A stretch of 64,000 nt of DNA from Alphaproteobacteria bacterium (GTDB lineage Bacteria > Pseudomonadota > Alphaproteobacteria > SP197): NCBI GenBank assembly GCA_964291265.2, contig OZ219747.1:4288001-4352000 (forward strand), written 5' to 3'. This document shows, in pieces, positions 10,628 to 20,073 of this stretch. Within the stretch, counting starts at the first letter, position 1; every line of letters begins with the position of its first letter. A model generated the notes under the pieces. That model ran no database searches and was not told the origin of the DNA. It was given only the letters and a program-made list of their open reading frames with translations. Made by a program: the position numbers and the translations under genes.

Positions 10628-12805
10628 GTGAACATTCAGGCGCACGACGAACTCAAGGCCAGGATCTGGGAAATCGCGAACCGGCTCAGGGGACCGTACC
10701 GGCCCCCGCAGTATCGACTGGTCATGCTGCCCCTGGTCGTCCTGCGCCGCCTTGACTGTGTCCTGGAGTCGACCAAGGAGGCCGTTCTCAACAAGCACAG
10801 GGAACTCGAGGCGCAACAGATGCCCGCAGCGGCGATGGACCGCCTGCTTGGCAAGGCCGCCGACCCGAACCGGAAACACCCCCTCTACAACACCAGTCCC
10901 TATACCTTCGCTCGACTGCTCGGCGATGCCGAGAACATCGCGCCGAACCTCGGCTCGTTCATCAGCGGCTTTTCCCCGACCGCACGACATATCTTCGAGC
11001 GCTTCAAGTTCGCCGACCAGATCGAGAAGCTCGACGACAAGAACCGTCTCTTCGAAATCGTGAAGGCGATGGCCGATGTCGATCTCCACCCCGAGCGTGT
11101 CGACAACCTGCAGATGGGCTACCTGTTCGAACACCTGGTGATGCGCTTCAACGAACAGGCCAATGAGGAGGCCGGGGATCACTTCACACCGCGCGAGGTC
11201 ATCCGCCTGATGGCGAACCTGATCTACACCGGCGAAGCGGACGTCTACAAGCCCGGCATCTACCGCACCATCTACGATCCGGCATGCGGAACGGGCGGCA
11301 TGCTTTCGGAATCCGAAAGATTGATTCTCGATCAGAACAAGCAGGCGAATCTCGCCCTCCACGGCCAGGAGTACAACGACGAATCCTGGGCGATCTGCTG
11401 CGCCGACATGCTCATCAAGGACGAGGACACGGACAATATCGTCCTCGGCGACACCCTGGGCGACGGCAAGACCGGAGACGGCTTCGAAGGCAAGCGCTTT
11501 CACTACCTGATGGCCAACCCGCCTTTCGGCGTCGAATGGAAAGACCAGAAGAACGCCGTCGAGCGCGAGTACAGGACGCTCGGCTTTTCGGGCCGGTTCG
11601 GCGCCGGTCTGCCGGCCATCAACGACGGCTCGCTGCTCTTTCTCCAGCACATGATTTCCAAGATGCACCCCTGGGAAGAGGAAGACGAGAACCGGCCCGG
11701 TTCGAAGATCGCCATCGTCTTCAACGGTTCGCCGCTGTTCTCGGGCGACGCCGGTTCGGGGCCGTCCAACATCCGCCGCTGGATCATCGAGAACGACTGG
11801 CTCGACGCCATCGTGGCGCTGCCGGATCAGCTCTTCTACAACACTGGCATCTTCACCTATGTCTGGCTGGTGACAAACCGCAAGCCGCCGATGCGACGCG
11901 GCAAGATTCAGCTCATCGACGGCACCCGCTTCTTCGAGAAGATGAAAAAGAGCCTCAACAACAAGCGCAACGAGATCTCCGAAGAACAGGTCCGCCGCCT
12001 GACCCGCGTATACGGCAACTGCCAGGACGGGGAGACAGCCGACGTGTCGGTCAATGGAGAGACCGAGACCCGCGCAATCTCCCGCATCCTCGAGAACCGG
12101 GAGTTTGGTTTTCTTAAGGTGACGGTCGAGCGCCCCTTGCGGATGCACTTCGAGGCGACACCGGAGCGGACTGCCAGGCTGGGCGATCAGACCGCGTTCG
12201 CCAATCTGGCGAAGTCGAAAAAACGCAGGGACGCCGCCGCTGCCGAGCGAGAGACCATGGCGGGGCGGAAACACCAGGACGCCATCGGCACCGTGCTCGC
12301 GACGCTCGAAGGCAACGGGCGCTACATGGACCGGGCAGTGTTCGAGACCGACGTGACGGACGCCGCCAGACAAGCTGGTCTCAAGATTCCCGCGCCGGTC
12401 ATGAAGGCGATCTTCGCGGCTCTGGACGAACGCGACCCGGGCGCCGAGATCTGCCGTGACCGCAAGGGGCGGCCTGAGCCCGACAGCGATCTCCGAGACA
12501 CCGAGAACATTCCCCTGCCGCCCGCGGCGGAATTGCCGCTGCCGATGGATTTCGGACCGAACAAGCCCAACGACCGCCTGGTCGAAGCCTTCCGGGATGA
12601 CATCGACGCCTACATGGCACGCGAAGTGCTGCCCCATGTGCCAGACGCCTGGGTGGACTACGACAAGACGAAGGTCGGCTACGAAGTCCCGTTCAACCGG
12701 CACTTCCACGTCTACAAGCCTCCGCGCCCGCTCGACGAAATCCAAGCGGACATCGCCCAGATCGAAGAGGAGATCGCCGAGTTGTTGAAGGGGTTAGCAG
12801 TATGA
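10628..12805 (+). CDS. hsdM: Type I R-M system N6-adenine methyltransferase subunit M
   Basis: IWEIANRLRG, HFTPREVI, YDPACGTGGML (motif I), ANPPF (motif IV), FYNTGI. Confidence 0.96.
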   Translation: MNIQAHDELKARIWEIANRLRGPYRPPQYRLVMLPLVVLRRLDCVLESTKEAVLNKHRELEAQQMPAAAMDRLLGKAADPNRKHPLYNTSPYTFARLLGDAENIAPNLGSFISGFSPTARHIFERFKFADQIEKLDDKNRLFEIVKAMADVDLHPERVDNLQMGYLFEHLVMRFNEQANEEAGDHFTPREVIRLMANLIYTGEADVYKPGIYRTIYDPACGTGGMLSESERLILDQNKQANLALHGQEYNDESWAICCADMLIKDEDTDNIVLGDTLGDGKTGDGFEGKRFHYLMANPPFGVEWKDQKNAVEREYRTLGFSGRFGAGLPAINDGSLLFLQHMISKMHPWEEEDENRPGSKIAIVFNGSPLFSGDAGSGPSNIRRWIIENDWLDAIVALPDQLFYNTGIFTYVWLVTNRKPPMRRGKIQLIDGTRFFEKMKKSLNNKRNEISEEQVRRLTRVYGNCQDGETADVSVNGETETRAISRILENREFGFLKVTVERPLRMHFEATPERTARLGDQTAFANLAKSKKRRDAAAAERETMAGRKHQDAIGTVLATLEGNGRYMDRAVFETDVTDAARQAGLKIPAPVMKAIFAALDERDPGAEICRDRKGRPEPDSDLRDTENIPLPPAAELPLPMDFGPNKPNDRLVEAFRDDIDAYMAREVLPHVPDAWVDYDKTKVGYEVPFNRHFHVYKPPRPLDEIQADIAQIEEEIAELLKGLAV

Positions 12806-13944
12806 CCGGAAATTTAGCGAAGTTCTCGACCTTGCCTCTCAAGCGTCTAGTGCGTCCCATCTCACCGGGTGCAGTATCAATCAAAGGACATTTGAAAGAT
12901 TTACCAGATGAGGAGGGCTTTCCTGCTTACAGTGCCTCCGGTCAGGATGTGCGTGTGCCAGCACCGCAATTCAATGGTGAAGGACTTGTACTAAGTGCAG
13001 TGGGTGAACGGTGTGGAAAGTGCTTTTACGCATCTGGCTCATGGGGCGTGGTTGCAAATACACGGGTACTTTTCCCAACTAAATTAGCTGATGCACGATA
13101 TCTTTTTTATTTGGTCAATCAGCAGGGTTTTTGGGAGATTGATGGGACAGCGCAACCGTATGTCCGAATGTCCACATCCATGTCGCAAACCGTGCCTGCG
13201 CCCCCACTCACTACGCAACGCCGGATCGCATGGTTTCTGGATGAAAAAACGGCATGGATCGACGAGCTGATCGAGAAGAAGCGCGCTCTTTTGGACCTCT
13301 TGGCCGAAAAACGACAGGCGCTCATCGCCCGCGCCGTCACCAAGGGGGTTGAGCCAGATGCTCCCATGAAGCCATCCGGTGTCGACTGGCTCGGCGACAT
13401 TCCGATGCATTGGGATATCTTGCCTATGAATCGCGTAATTCGAATGCGGAGCGGTGATTTTTTGGCCGCATCAGACATTAACACGGATAGCAAACATCTC
13501 GTGTTTGGAGGCAATGGAATTCGCGGTACAACGGATAATTTCAACACCATTGGACCGATTGTGCTTGTTGGGAGACAGGGCGCACACTGTGGAAATATCC
13601 AACTAGCTTACGGCAAAATTTGGGTATCGGAGCATGCCTTGAGATGTTTTCCGGATAAGCAGTTCGAGGTCCGATGGTTGGCGTATATGCTCGACATGTT
13701 GAAATTGAATAGGTATTCTGTCTCCGCCGCTCAGCCCGGCCTTTCTGTTGACAATATACAGCATTTGCAAGTGGCATTTCCGCCACTTAGCGCACAACTC
13801 AATATTGCAGAACACCTAGATGAGAATTGCAACCGCATAGAAGGAATAGTGCGCGAGACACGCAGGAGTCTGAGGCTACTTGAAGAATATCGATCTGCAC
13901 TCATTACAGCCGCCGTCACGGGCCAATTGGGGAAACTGCAATGA
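12802..13944 (+). CDS. hsdS: Type I R-M specificity subunit S
   Basis: Two TRDs separated by conserved PPL..Q..IA..LD / KRQALI..AVTKG..MKPSGVDWLGDIP; ends ALITAAVTG; ATGA overlap with hsdM. Confidence 0.95.
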   Translation: MTGNLAKFSTLPLKRLVRPISPGAVSIKGHLKDLPDEEGFPAYSASGQDVRVPAPQFNGEGLVLSAVGERCGKCFYASGSWGVVANTRVLFPTKLADARYLFYLVNQQGFWEIDGTAQPYVRMSTSMSQTVPAPPLTTQRRIAWFLDEKTAWIDELIEKKRALLDLLAEKRQALIARAVTKGVEPDAPMKPSGVDWLGDIPMHWDILPMNRVIRMRSGDFLAASDINTDSKHLVFGGNGIRGTTDNFNTIGPIVLVGRQGAHCGNIQLAYGKIWVSEHALRCFPDKQFEVRWLAYMLDMLKLNRYSVSAAQPGLSVDNIQHLQVAFPPLSAQLNIAEHLDENCNRIEGIVRETRRSLRLLEEYRSALITAAVTGQLGKLQ

Positions 13945-14059
13945 TCTCGGGTAGTCGTCCAACCCTGACGGTGCTGGTTCATTCAGGTGCGCGTTTATGT
14001 CAAGTATTCATCTGGGATCCTGCTGAGCGCATGATCTCCATGGCAAGTGACGCTCAGAC

Positions 14060-15217
14060 ATGACCAGGGTAGCTGTCAGTCCGGAGGTTCTTTGCTGGGC
14101 TCGGGAGCGTGCCGGGTTCAGCTTGGCAGACCTCGAAGGCAGGTTCCCGAGGTTGGCCGAGTGGGAGAGTGCGTCGATCCAGCCCACGATGCGCCAGCTG
14201 CAGGACTTCGCCACGAAGACGCGGGCGCCGTACGGTTTTCTTTTTCTGCCGGAGCCGCCGACGTTGAGATTGCCGTTCGCTGACTTTCGCACGGTGGAAA
14301 GTCAGCGGTCGGAAGGCTTCAGCCCGGAGTTGATGGACACCGTTCACCTCATGCGGCGGCGGCAGGCCTGGTTTCGTGAAGAACGGCTGGAAGCGAAAGC
14401 ATCACCGGTGGGCGTCGTCGGTGCCGCGTCGCTTTCGGATGCCCCAGAGGCCATCGGCCTCGAGATGCGGCGGATGCTTGGTCTGGTTGATGGCTGGGCC
14501 CGGTGGGTGCCCAACTGGACGGCAGCCGTGGGCGAATTGCGCAGAACCATCGAGTCCCTTGGCGTGATGGCGGTCATCAACGGCGTTGTCGGCAACAATG
14601 CTCATCGCAAGCTGGATGTGAACGAGTTTCGCGGCTTTGCCCTGAGCGACCCCCATGCCCCCCTGATATTCGTCAATGGAGCCGACGCCAAGTCCGCCCA
14701 GATGTTCACCCTCGCGCACGAATTGACACACTTGTGGCTGGGCGATGCGGGCGAGGGCCTGTCCGGCTTCAAGGGGCTGCAACCGGACAATGGAGCGGTA
14801 GAGCGATTTTGCAACCGGGCGGCGGCCGAGTTCCTCGTGCCTGCCGCCGAAATGCAGGCCGCCTGGCGCGGGGTTGACGGGGGCGAAGCGCCGCTGGAGT
14901 ATCTGGCCAGGCACTTCAAGGTGAGCCCAGTGGTGATCGGGCGCCGCGCAGTGGATCTGGATTTGATGGGGCGTAACGAGTTTCTCAGTTTTTACCATGA
15001 CTACACTCAGCGCGAACACCGAAAAAGGCAAACGGGAAAGAACAGGGGAAATTTCTACAATAACCAGGACAACCGCGTGGGCCGCCTGTTTGCTTCTCAC
15101 CTGATCCGGGCTGCTAAGGAGGGGCGTATCGGCTTCAAGGAGGCCTACGAGCTGACCGGGCTGCATGCCGGTACGTTCCAGAGATATGCCCGCAAGCTTG
15201 GAATCACGCTACCGTGA
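14060..15217 (+). CDS. Xre-type HTH fused to ImmA/IrrE (COG2856-like) Zn metallopeptidase
   Basis: N-terminal HTH (WARERAG...WE...PT..QL), EFRGFAL, QMFTLAHELTH (HExxH), ERFCNRAAAEFL. Confidence 0.9.
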   Translation: MTRVAVSPEVLCWARERAGFSLADLEGRFPRLAEWESASIQPTMRQLQDFATKTRAPYGFLFLPEPPTLRLPFADFRTVESQRSEGFSPELMDTVHLMRRRQAWFREERLEAKASPVGVVGAASLSDAPEAIGLEMRRMLGLVDGWARWVPNWTAAVGELRRTIESLGVMAVINGVVGNNAHRKLDVNEFRGFALSDPHAPLIFVNGADAKSAQMFTLAHELTHLWLGDAGEGLSGFKGLQPDNGAVERFCNRAAAEFLVPAAEMQAAWRGVDGGEAPLEYLARHFKVSPVVIGRRAVDLDLMGRNEFLSFYHDYTQREHRKRQTGKNRGNFYNNQDNRVGRLFASHLIRAAKEGRIGFKEAYELTGLHAGTFQRYARKLGITLP

Positions 15218-15738
15218 GTTCGACGTCCGACTACCTCATCGATTCCGACGTGCTTATCACGGCGAAGAATCGATACTATGCCTTTCCGATTTGTCCGGGA
15301 TTCTGGGACAGCGTCCTCTACGGCCATTCGCTCGAACGCATTCACAGCATTGATCGGGTCAAGCAGGAATTGCTCCTCGGACGCAGCGACGATGACTTGG
15401 TGCGGTGGGTCAGTCAGTCCGTGCCGGAAGGCTTTTTTCTCAGCAGCGACGCTGGCACGGTCGTCTCTGCCTTTACCCGCGTCATGCTCTGGGTGACGCG
15501 CCACGCGCAGTATTACGACGAGGCGAAGGCCAAATTCGCCAGCGGCGCGGATGGCTGGCTGGTCGCTCACGGCATGGCGGGTGGGAAGACCGTCGTCACC
15601 AATGAGCAGCCACGCTCGGAGTCGCGCAACCAGATCAAGTTGCCCGATGTCTGCAATGCCTTCTCCGTCGATTTCGAGGACACGTTCGCCATGCTCCATG
15701 CGCTGGACATCCAATACCGCTTTTCGCCGGGTCTGTGA
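15214..15738 (+). CDS. PIN-like domain protein (DUF4411-type)
   Basis: YLIDSDVLI, FW, SIDRVKQEL, GADGWLVA, VVTNE, IKLPDVC; GTGA overlap with the upstream peptidase gene. Confidence 0.8.
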   Translation: MSSTSDYLIDSDVLITAKNRYYAFPICPGFWDSVLYGHSLERIHSIDRVKQELLLGRSDDDLVRWVSQSVPEGFFLSSDAGTVVSAFTRVMLWVTRHAQYYDEAKAKFASGADGWLVAHGMAGGKTVVTNEQPRSESRNQIKLPDVCNAFSVDFEDTFAMLHALDIQYRFSPGL

Positions 15739-15741
15739 GCG

Positions 15742-18700
15742 ATGCCCGCGCATACCGAACGTGATTTCGAGAAGGCGATCGAGGCTGGACTGATCGGCGC
15801 GGGCGGCTACCTGAAGCGCCGCCCGGATACCTATGACGAGGCGCTTGCCCTCTTTCCCGATGACGTCACGGGTTTCCTGCAAGGCAGCCAGCCGGCCAGG
15901 TGGCAGGCCCTGGAAAGGCTGCTCGGATCGAAGACCGCCGCGACAGTGCTGGATAACCTGTCGAAGGAACTGGAACTCAAGGGTACGCTGCATGTCCTGC
16001 GCCATGGCTTCAAGTCCTACGGCAAGACCCTGCGCATGGCCTGGTTCCGTCCCAACACCTACATGAACCCCGAAGCGGCGAAGAACTACGCCAGCAACCG
16101 GCTCACCGTGACGCGTCAGGTCGCCTTCACCTCGGTCATGAAGGGGGCCGACGGCAGGAACCGCCGCTGCGTCGTCGACGTGACGCTGGCTGTCAACGGT
16201 ATCCCGGTGGTCACCGTCGAACTCAAGAACCCGCTGACCGGACAGCGCGCCGCCGATGCGGTCCGCCAGTACCGGGATGATCGCGACGGGCGTGACCTGC
16301 TCTTCGCCTTCAAGAAACGTGCCCTGGTCCACTTTGCCGTGGACCCGGACGAGGCGTGGATGACGACCCGGCTTGAGGACAAGGAGACCCGTTTCCTGCC
16401 CTTCAACCGGGGGAACGACCACGGAGCGGGCAACCCGCCGGTCGAGGACGACTGGAAGACCCATTATCTGTGGGACGAGGTGCTGCAGGCCAACAGCCTG
16501 CTCGAAATCCTGCAACGCTTCATGCACCTGGAAGTGAAGACAATACAGGTCAAGACCGACCAGGGCGCGCGCACCCTGCGGCAGGAGGCGATGATCTTTC
16601 CGCGCTATCACCAGCTCGACGCGGTGCGGAAAGTCGTCCAACACGCCAGGGCCAACGGCGCCGGCCGGAACTACCTGATCCAGCATTCGGCGGGGTCCGG
16701 CAAATCGAACTCCATTGCCTGGCTCGCGCACCGACTGGCCAGCCTGCACGACGAACACGACGAGAAGGTGTTTCACTCCGTCGTGGTCGTGACCGACCGG
16801 CGTGTGCTCGATCAGCAGCTGCAGGACACGATCTACCAGTTCGAGCACAAGGCCGGCGTGGTCGAGAAGATCGACGAGGACACCCGCCAGCTTGCCCGCG
16901 CGCTGTCGCAAGGCACGCCCATCGTCATCACCACGATCCAGAAGTTCCCTTTCCTTTCGCAGGCCCTCTCGACCCTTGAACAGCAAGGCGTCGGCGTGAC
17001 GATCGACACGGCGGGCAAGCGCTTCGCCGTCATCGTCGACGAGGCGCACTCGTCCCAGAGCGGCGAGACCGCGACAACCCTCAGGGGCATGCTGAACAAG
17101 GACGGGATCGAAGCCGCCATCGCCGCGCAACTTTCCGACGAAGAGGACAACGACCTCTCCGACGAGGCGAAGGCGGCCGTGATGCGTGATGCGCTGAAAC
17201 GCGCTCGGCAACCGAACTTGAGCTTCTTCGCCTTCACGGCCACGCCGAAATTCAAGACCAAGGCCCTGTTCGACGAGCCCGGCCCCACCGGCGCGTCACC
17301 TTTCCACGAATACACCATGCGGCAGGCCATCGAGGAAGGCTTCATCCTGGATGTGCTGGCGAACTACACGACCTACAAGCGATTCTTCGGCCTGATCAAG
17401 CAGATCGAGAACGATCCCGACGTGCCGCGCAGGCAGGCCGCAAAGGTCCTCGCCCGCTATCTGGAACTGCATCCGGTCAATGTGGAGCAGGTCGTTTCCG
17501 TCATCGTCGAGCATTTCCGGCTCAACGTGATGCATGAGCTCGGCGGGCGCGCGAAGGCGATGGTGGTGACCGGCGCCCGCCTTGCCGCCGTGAGATACAA
17601 GCTTGCCTTCGACCGCTACATTGCAGAGCAAGGCTACACTGGCATCCGATCGCTCGTGGCTTTCTCGGGGACAGTAGCAGACCCGGACGCCCCCGGATCG
17701 TCGTATACCGAAGTGACGATGAACAAGGGACTTGCCGAAAGCGAACTCCCGCAAGCCTTTGGACACGACGACTACCGGGTGCTGCTGGTCGCGGAGAAGT
17801 ACCAGACCGGCTTCGACCAGCCGCTGTTGCAGACCATGTACGTGGTGAAGCGCCTGGCCGGGGTTCAAGCGGTCCAGACCCTCTCGCGGCTCAACCGCAT
17901 CGCGCCCGGCAAGTCACGCACCTTCGTTCTCGACTTTGCCAACGAGGACGACGAGATCCGCAAGGCGTTCAAGCCCTACTACGAGACCACGCCCGTCGGC
18001 GAGAACGCCGATCCACAGCGCCTGTCGGAGCTGCAGCACCGTCTGCTTGAACAGGCGATCTTCACACCGGCCGATGTGACGGCGTTTGCCGATGTCTGGT
18101 ATCGCGCCAGGCGCGACCACCCGGCGCGCGATCATCGCAGGATGAACGCCATCCTTGATGCGGTCGTTCAGCGCTTCCGGGACCGCGAGGAAGAGGAACG
18201 GGAAGCGTTCCGCGGCCAGTTGAAGGCCTATCGCAACCTTTACGCCTTCCTGTCGCAGATCATTCCTTATCAGGACAGCGATCTCGAACGGCTCTACACC
18301 TTCGTGCGAAACCTGCTGGCGAAGCTTCCGCCGCCGGGCGACGGCCGTGTCCTTGTCCTGGATGACGAGGTGGCGCTGAAGTACTTCCGGATTCAGCAGA
18401 TGTCCGAGCGCTCCATCGACCTCTCGGAAGGAGACGCTGCTCCCCTGAAGGGACCGACAGACGTCGGCACTGCGGGTGTCAAGGACGAAGAGGTGACGCT
18501 TTCGAGCCTGATCGAGCGTCTCAACGAGCGCTTCGGCACGGACTTCACCGAGGCAGACCAGTTGTTCTTCGACCAGATACGGGCTTCGGCGGAGGACAAC
18601 GAGGAGATCGCGGAAGCCGCCCGCGCCAACAGTTTCGCGGACTTCGCCGCTTATCTGGATCACATCCTGAACGACCTGTTCATCGAGCGAATGGAGGGCA

Positions 18701-18828
18701 ACGAGGCGATTTTCTCCAAGGTGATGACGGATGCCGCGTTCCGTGCCGCCGCACATAAACACCTGGCTCTCGAAGTCTTCCAGAGGACGCGCGAGAGGCA
18801 AGCTGCCGTGCAGTCAGGATTTCCGTGA
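15742..18828 (+). CDS. hsdR: Type I R-M restriction subunit R
   Basis: Nuclease motif D..VNGIP..ELKN, Walker A HSAGSGKS, VDEAH, FTATP, TGFDQP, QTLSRLNR. Confidence 0.96.
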   Translation: MPAHTERDFEKAIEAGLIGAGGYLKRRPDTYDEALALFPDDVTGFLQGSQPARWQALERLLGSKTAATVLDNLSKELELKGTLHVLRHGFKSYGKTLRMAWFRPNTYMNPEAAKNYASNRLTVTRQVAFTSVMKGADGRNRRCVVDVTLAVNGIPVVTVELKNPLTGQRAADAVRQYRDDRDGRDLLFAFKKRALVHFAVDPDEAWMTTRLEDKETRFLPFNRGNDHGAGNPPVEDDWKTHYLWDEVLQANSLLEILQRFMHLEVKTIQVKTDQGARTLRQEAMIFPRYHQLDAVRKVVQHARANGAGRNYLIQHSAGSGKSNSIAWLAHRLASLHDEHDEKVFHSVVVVTDRRVLDQQLQDTIYQFEHKAGVVEKIDEDTRQLARALSQGTPIVITTIQKFPFLSQALSTLEQQGVGVTIDTAGKRFAVIVDEAHSSQSGETATTLRGMLNKDGIEAAIAAQLSDEEDNDLSDEAKAAVMRDALKRARQPNLSFFAFTATPKFKTKALFDEPGPTGASPFHEYTMRQAIEEGFILDVLANYTTYKRFFGLIKQIENDPDVPRRQAAKVLARYLELHPVNVEQVVSVIVEHFRLNVMHELGGRAKAMVVTGARLAAVRYKLAFDRYIAEQGYTGIRSLVAFSGTVADPDAPGSSYTEVTMNKGLAESELPQAFGHDDYRVLLVAEKYQTGFDQPLLQTMYVVKRLAGVQAVQTLSRLNRIAPGKSRTFVLDFANEDDEIRKAFKPYYETTPVGENADPQRLSELQHRLLEQAIFTPADVTAFADVWYRARRDHPARDHRRMNAILDAVVQRFRDREEEEREAFRGQLKAYRNLYAFLSQIIPYQDSDLERLYTFVRNLLAKLPPPGDGRVLVLDDEVALKYFRIQQMSERSIDLSEGDAAPLKGPTDVGTAGVKDEEVTLSSLIERLNERFGTDFTEADQLFFDQIRASAEDNEEIAEAARANSFADFAAYLDHILNDLFIERMEGNEAIFSKVMTDAAFRAAAHKHLALEVFQRTRERQAAVQSGFP

Positions 18829-19028
18829 ACCGGGACCCTATCATGCCTCGGCGCGGTTCTTCTCGACCCTTGGACGATCCGTTCCTGTGGCGCTCTTGCT
18901 GCAGGCAGGTTGGCAAGACGCGATCGCATCAGACCCTCGGACAGCCCAAGGGGAATCGACGGAATTGTCGTCAGACACTGCGAAACGGGGACCGGAGGAC
19001 GGATCGCAGCGGACGCGCCCTTGCAGGG

Positions 19029-19721
19029 TCACGAAGCGGTTCCGCGAAATTCCCTTGCCACGACGTAGATCTCCGAAGACTGCTGGCGGCTGGCCTCCGG
19101 CTTGACGTGATGAACCCGCACGAAGTCGCGTCGCAGGACGGAAAGCAGGGCCTTTCCGGCGCCGCCGCGCAGGACCTTCACGACAAGGCAGCCTCCGGGA
19201 GCCAGCACCGTTGTCGCGAAGGCTGCAGCCTCCTCGGCAAGGGCCTGGGTCCGCAGGTGATCCGTGGAACGATGCCCCGTGGATGGCGCGGCCATGTCCG
19301 AGAGGACGAGATTGGCCGTGCCATCGAGTGCCTCGAGCACGGCGTCTCGGGTTTGCCTGTCACGGATGTCGCCGACAACGATCGTCACACCGACGAGACT
19401 CTCCATTTCCAGCACGTCCACCGCGACCAGGGGCGCACCTGCAATCCGGCTGGCGGCAACCTGGGACCAGCCGCCGGGCGCGGCGCCGAGGTCGACCACC
19501 CGGGTTCCGGGACCGAGGAGGGAGAAACGCTCATCGAGCTGAAGCAGCTTGTATGCCGCCCGCGACCGCCATCCCTCGCGTCGGGCGCCATCGGTCCAGA
19601 TATCGTTGACTTGGCGTTCCAGCCACCGGATGGACGACGGACTGCGCCCGGCGCTCTTCTTCAGTCCCTGCTTCAGGCGGCGGCCCTGCGGGCGCGTCAC
19701 CTTCCTGCGGCCCAACGTCAC
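19029..19721 (-). CDS. rlmE: 23S rRNA U2552 2'-O-methyltransferase RlmE
   Basis: WLERQ.ND, RSRAAYKL, DLGAAPGGWS, SDMA, KPEASR..SSEIY; start re-placed at GTG 19721 because the longer ORF overlaps the tRNA. Confidence 0.93.
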   Translation of the reverse strand: MTLGRRKVTRPQGRRLKQGLKKSAGRSPSSIRWLERQVNDIWTDGARREGWRSRAAYKLLQLDERFSLLGPGTRVVDLGAAPGGWSQVAASRIAGAPLVAVDVLEMESLVGVTIVVGDIRDRQTRDAVLEALDGTANLVLSDMAAPSTGHRSTDHLRTQALAEEAAAFATTVLAPGGCLVVKVLRGGAGKALLSVLRRDFVRVHHVKPEASRQQSSEIYVVAREFRGTAS

Positions 19722-19811
19722 CCCCGGCTGGCGCGGCGGCGGGAGCCTCCCGGAGAGTCGTTGCTGTTGACACTCCCCGCTCGCCTCATCTAGCGTCGCC
19801 ACATCCCCTGC

Positions 19812-19885
19812 TGGGGGATAGTTTAACGGTAGAACCTTCGGCTCTGACCCGAACAGTCCTGGTTCGAATCCAGGTCCCCCAGCCA
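19812..19885 (+). tRNA. tRNA-Gln (CTG)
   Basis: TGGGGGA...TCCCCCA acceptor stem, anticodon arm TTCGG-CTCTGAC-CCGAA, GGTTCGAATCC T-arm, encoded CCA. Confidence 0.95.
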
Positions 19886-20073
19886 CATCGAGCCATCACC
19901 CGGCCAGTCAGTGTTCGACGCCGGCCCAGATCTTCCTCTTCCAGACGTAGGGTGGAACCTTCGGTTCTGACCCGAATGGTCCTGGTTCGAATCCAGGTCC
20001 CCCAGCCACACCGAGCCATCTCTGGGCCGGTCAGTGTTCGACGCCGGCCCAGATCTTCCTCTTCCAGACGTAG
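19828..20073. repeat. 123-bp imperfect tandem duplication (tRNA-Gln 3' part + spacer + petC 3' end)
   Basis: Units 19828-19950 and 19951-20073 align without gaps, with 9 mismatches by manual count; the last 44 nt are identical. Confidence 0.93.

Noticed and set aside
9596-12745. 1049-aa minus-strand ORF
   Set aside because: Antisense shadow of hsdM in GC-rich DNA with no recognisable motifs; the other long opposite-strand ORFs over der, hsdR, petB and dinG were rejected for the same reason.
19722-19886. N-terminal extension of rlmE in the ORF track
   Set aside because: It partly reads through the antisense of tRNA-Gln (MAGGPGFEPG is a typical tRNA shadow).
19951-20008. Second tRNA-Gln gene
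   Set aside because: It lacks the 5' acceptor strand and the 5' half of the D-arm, so it cannot fold as a tRNA.
19828-20073. CRISPR-like array
   Set aside because: Only two long contiguous units, no unique spacers and no cas genes.
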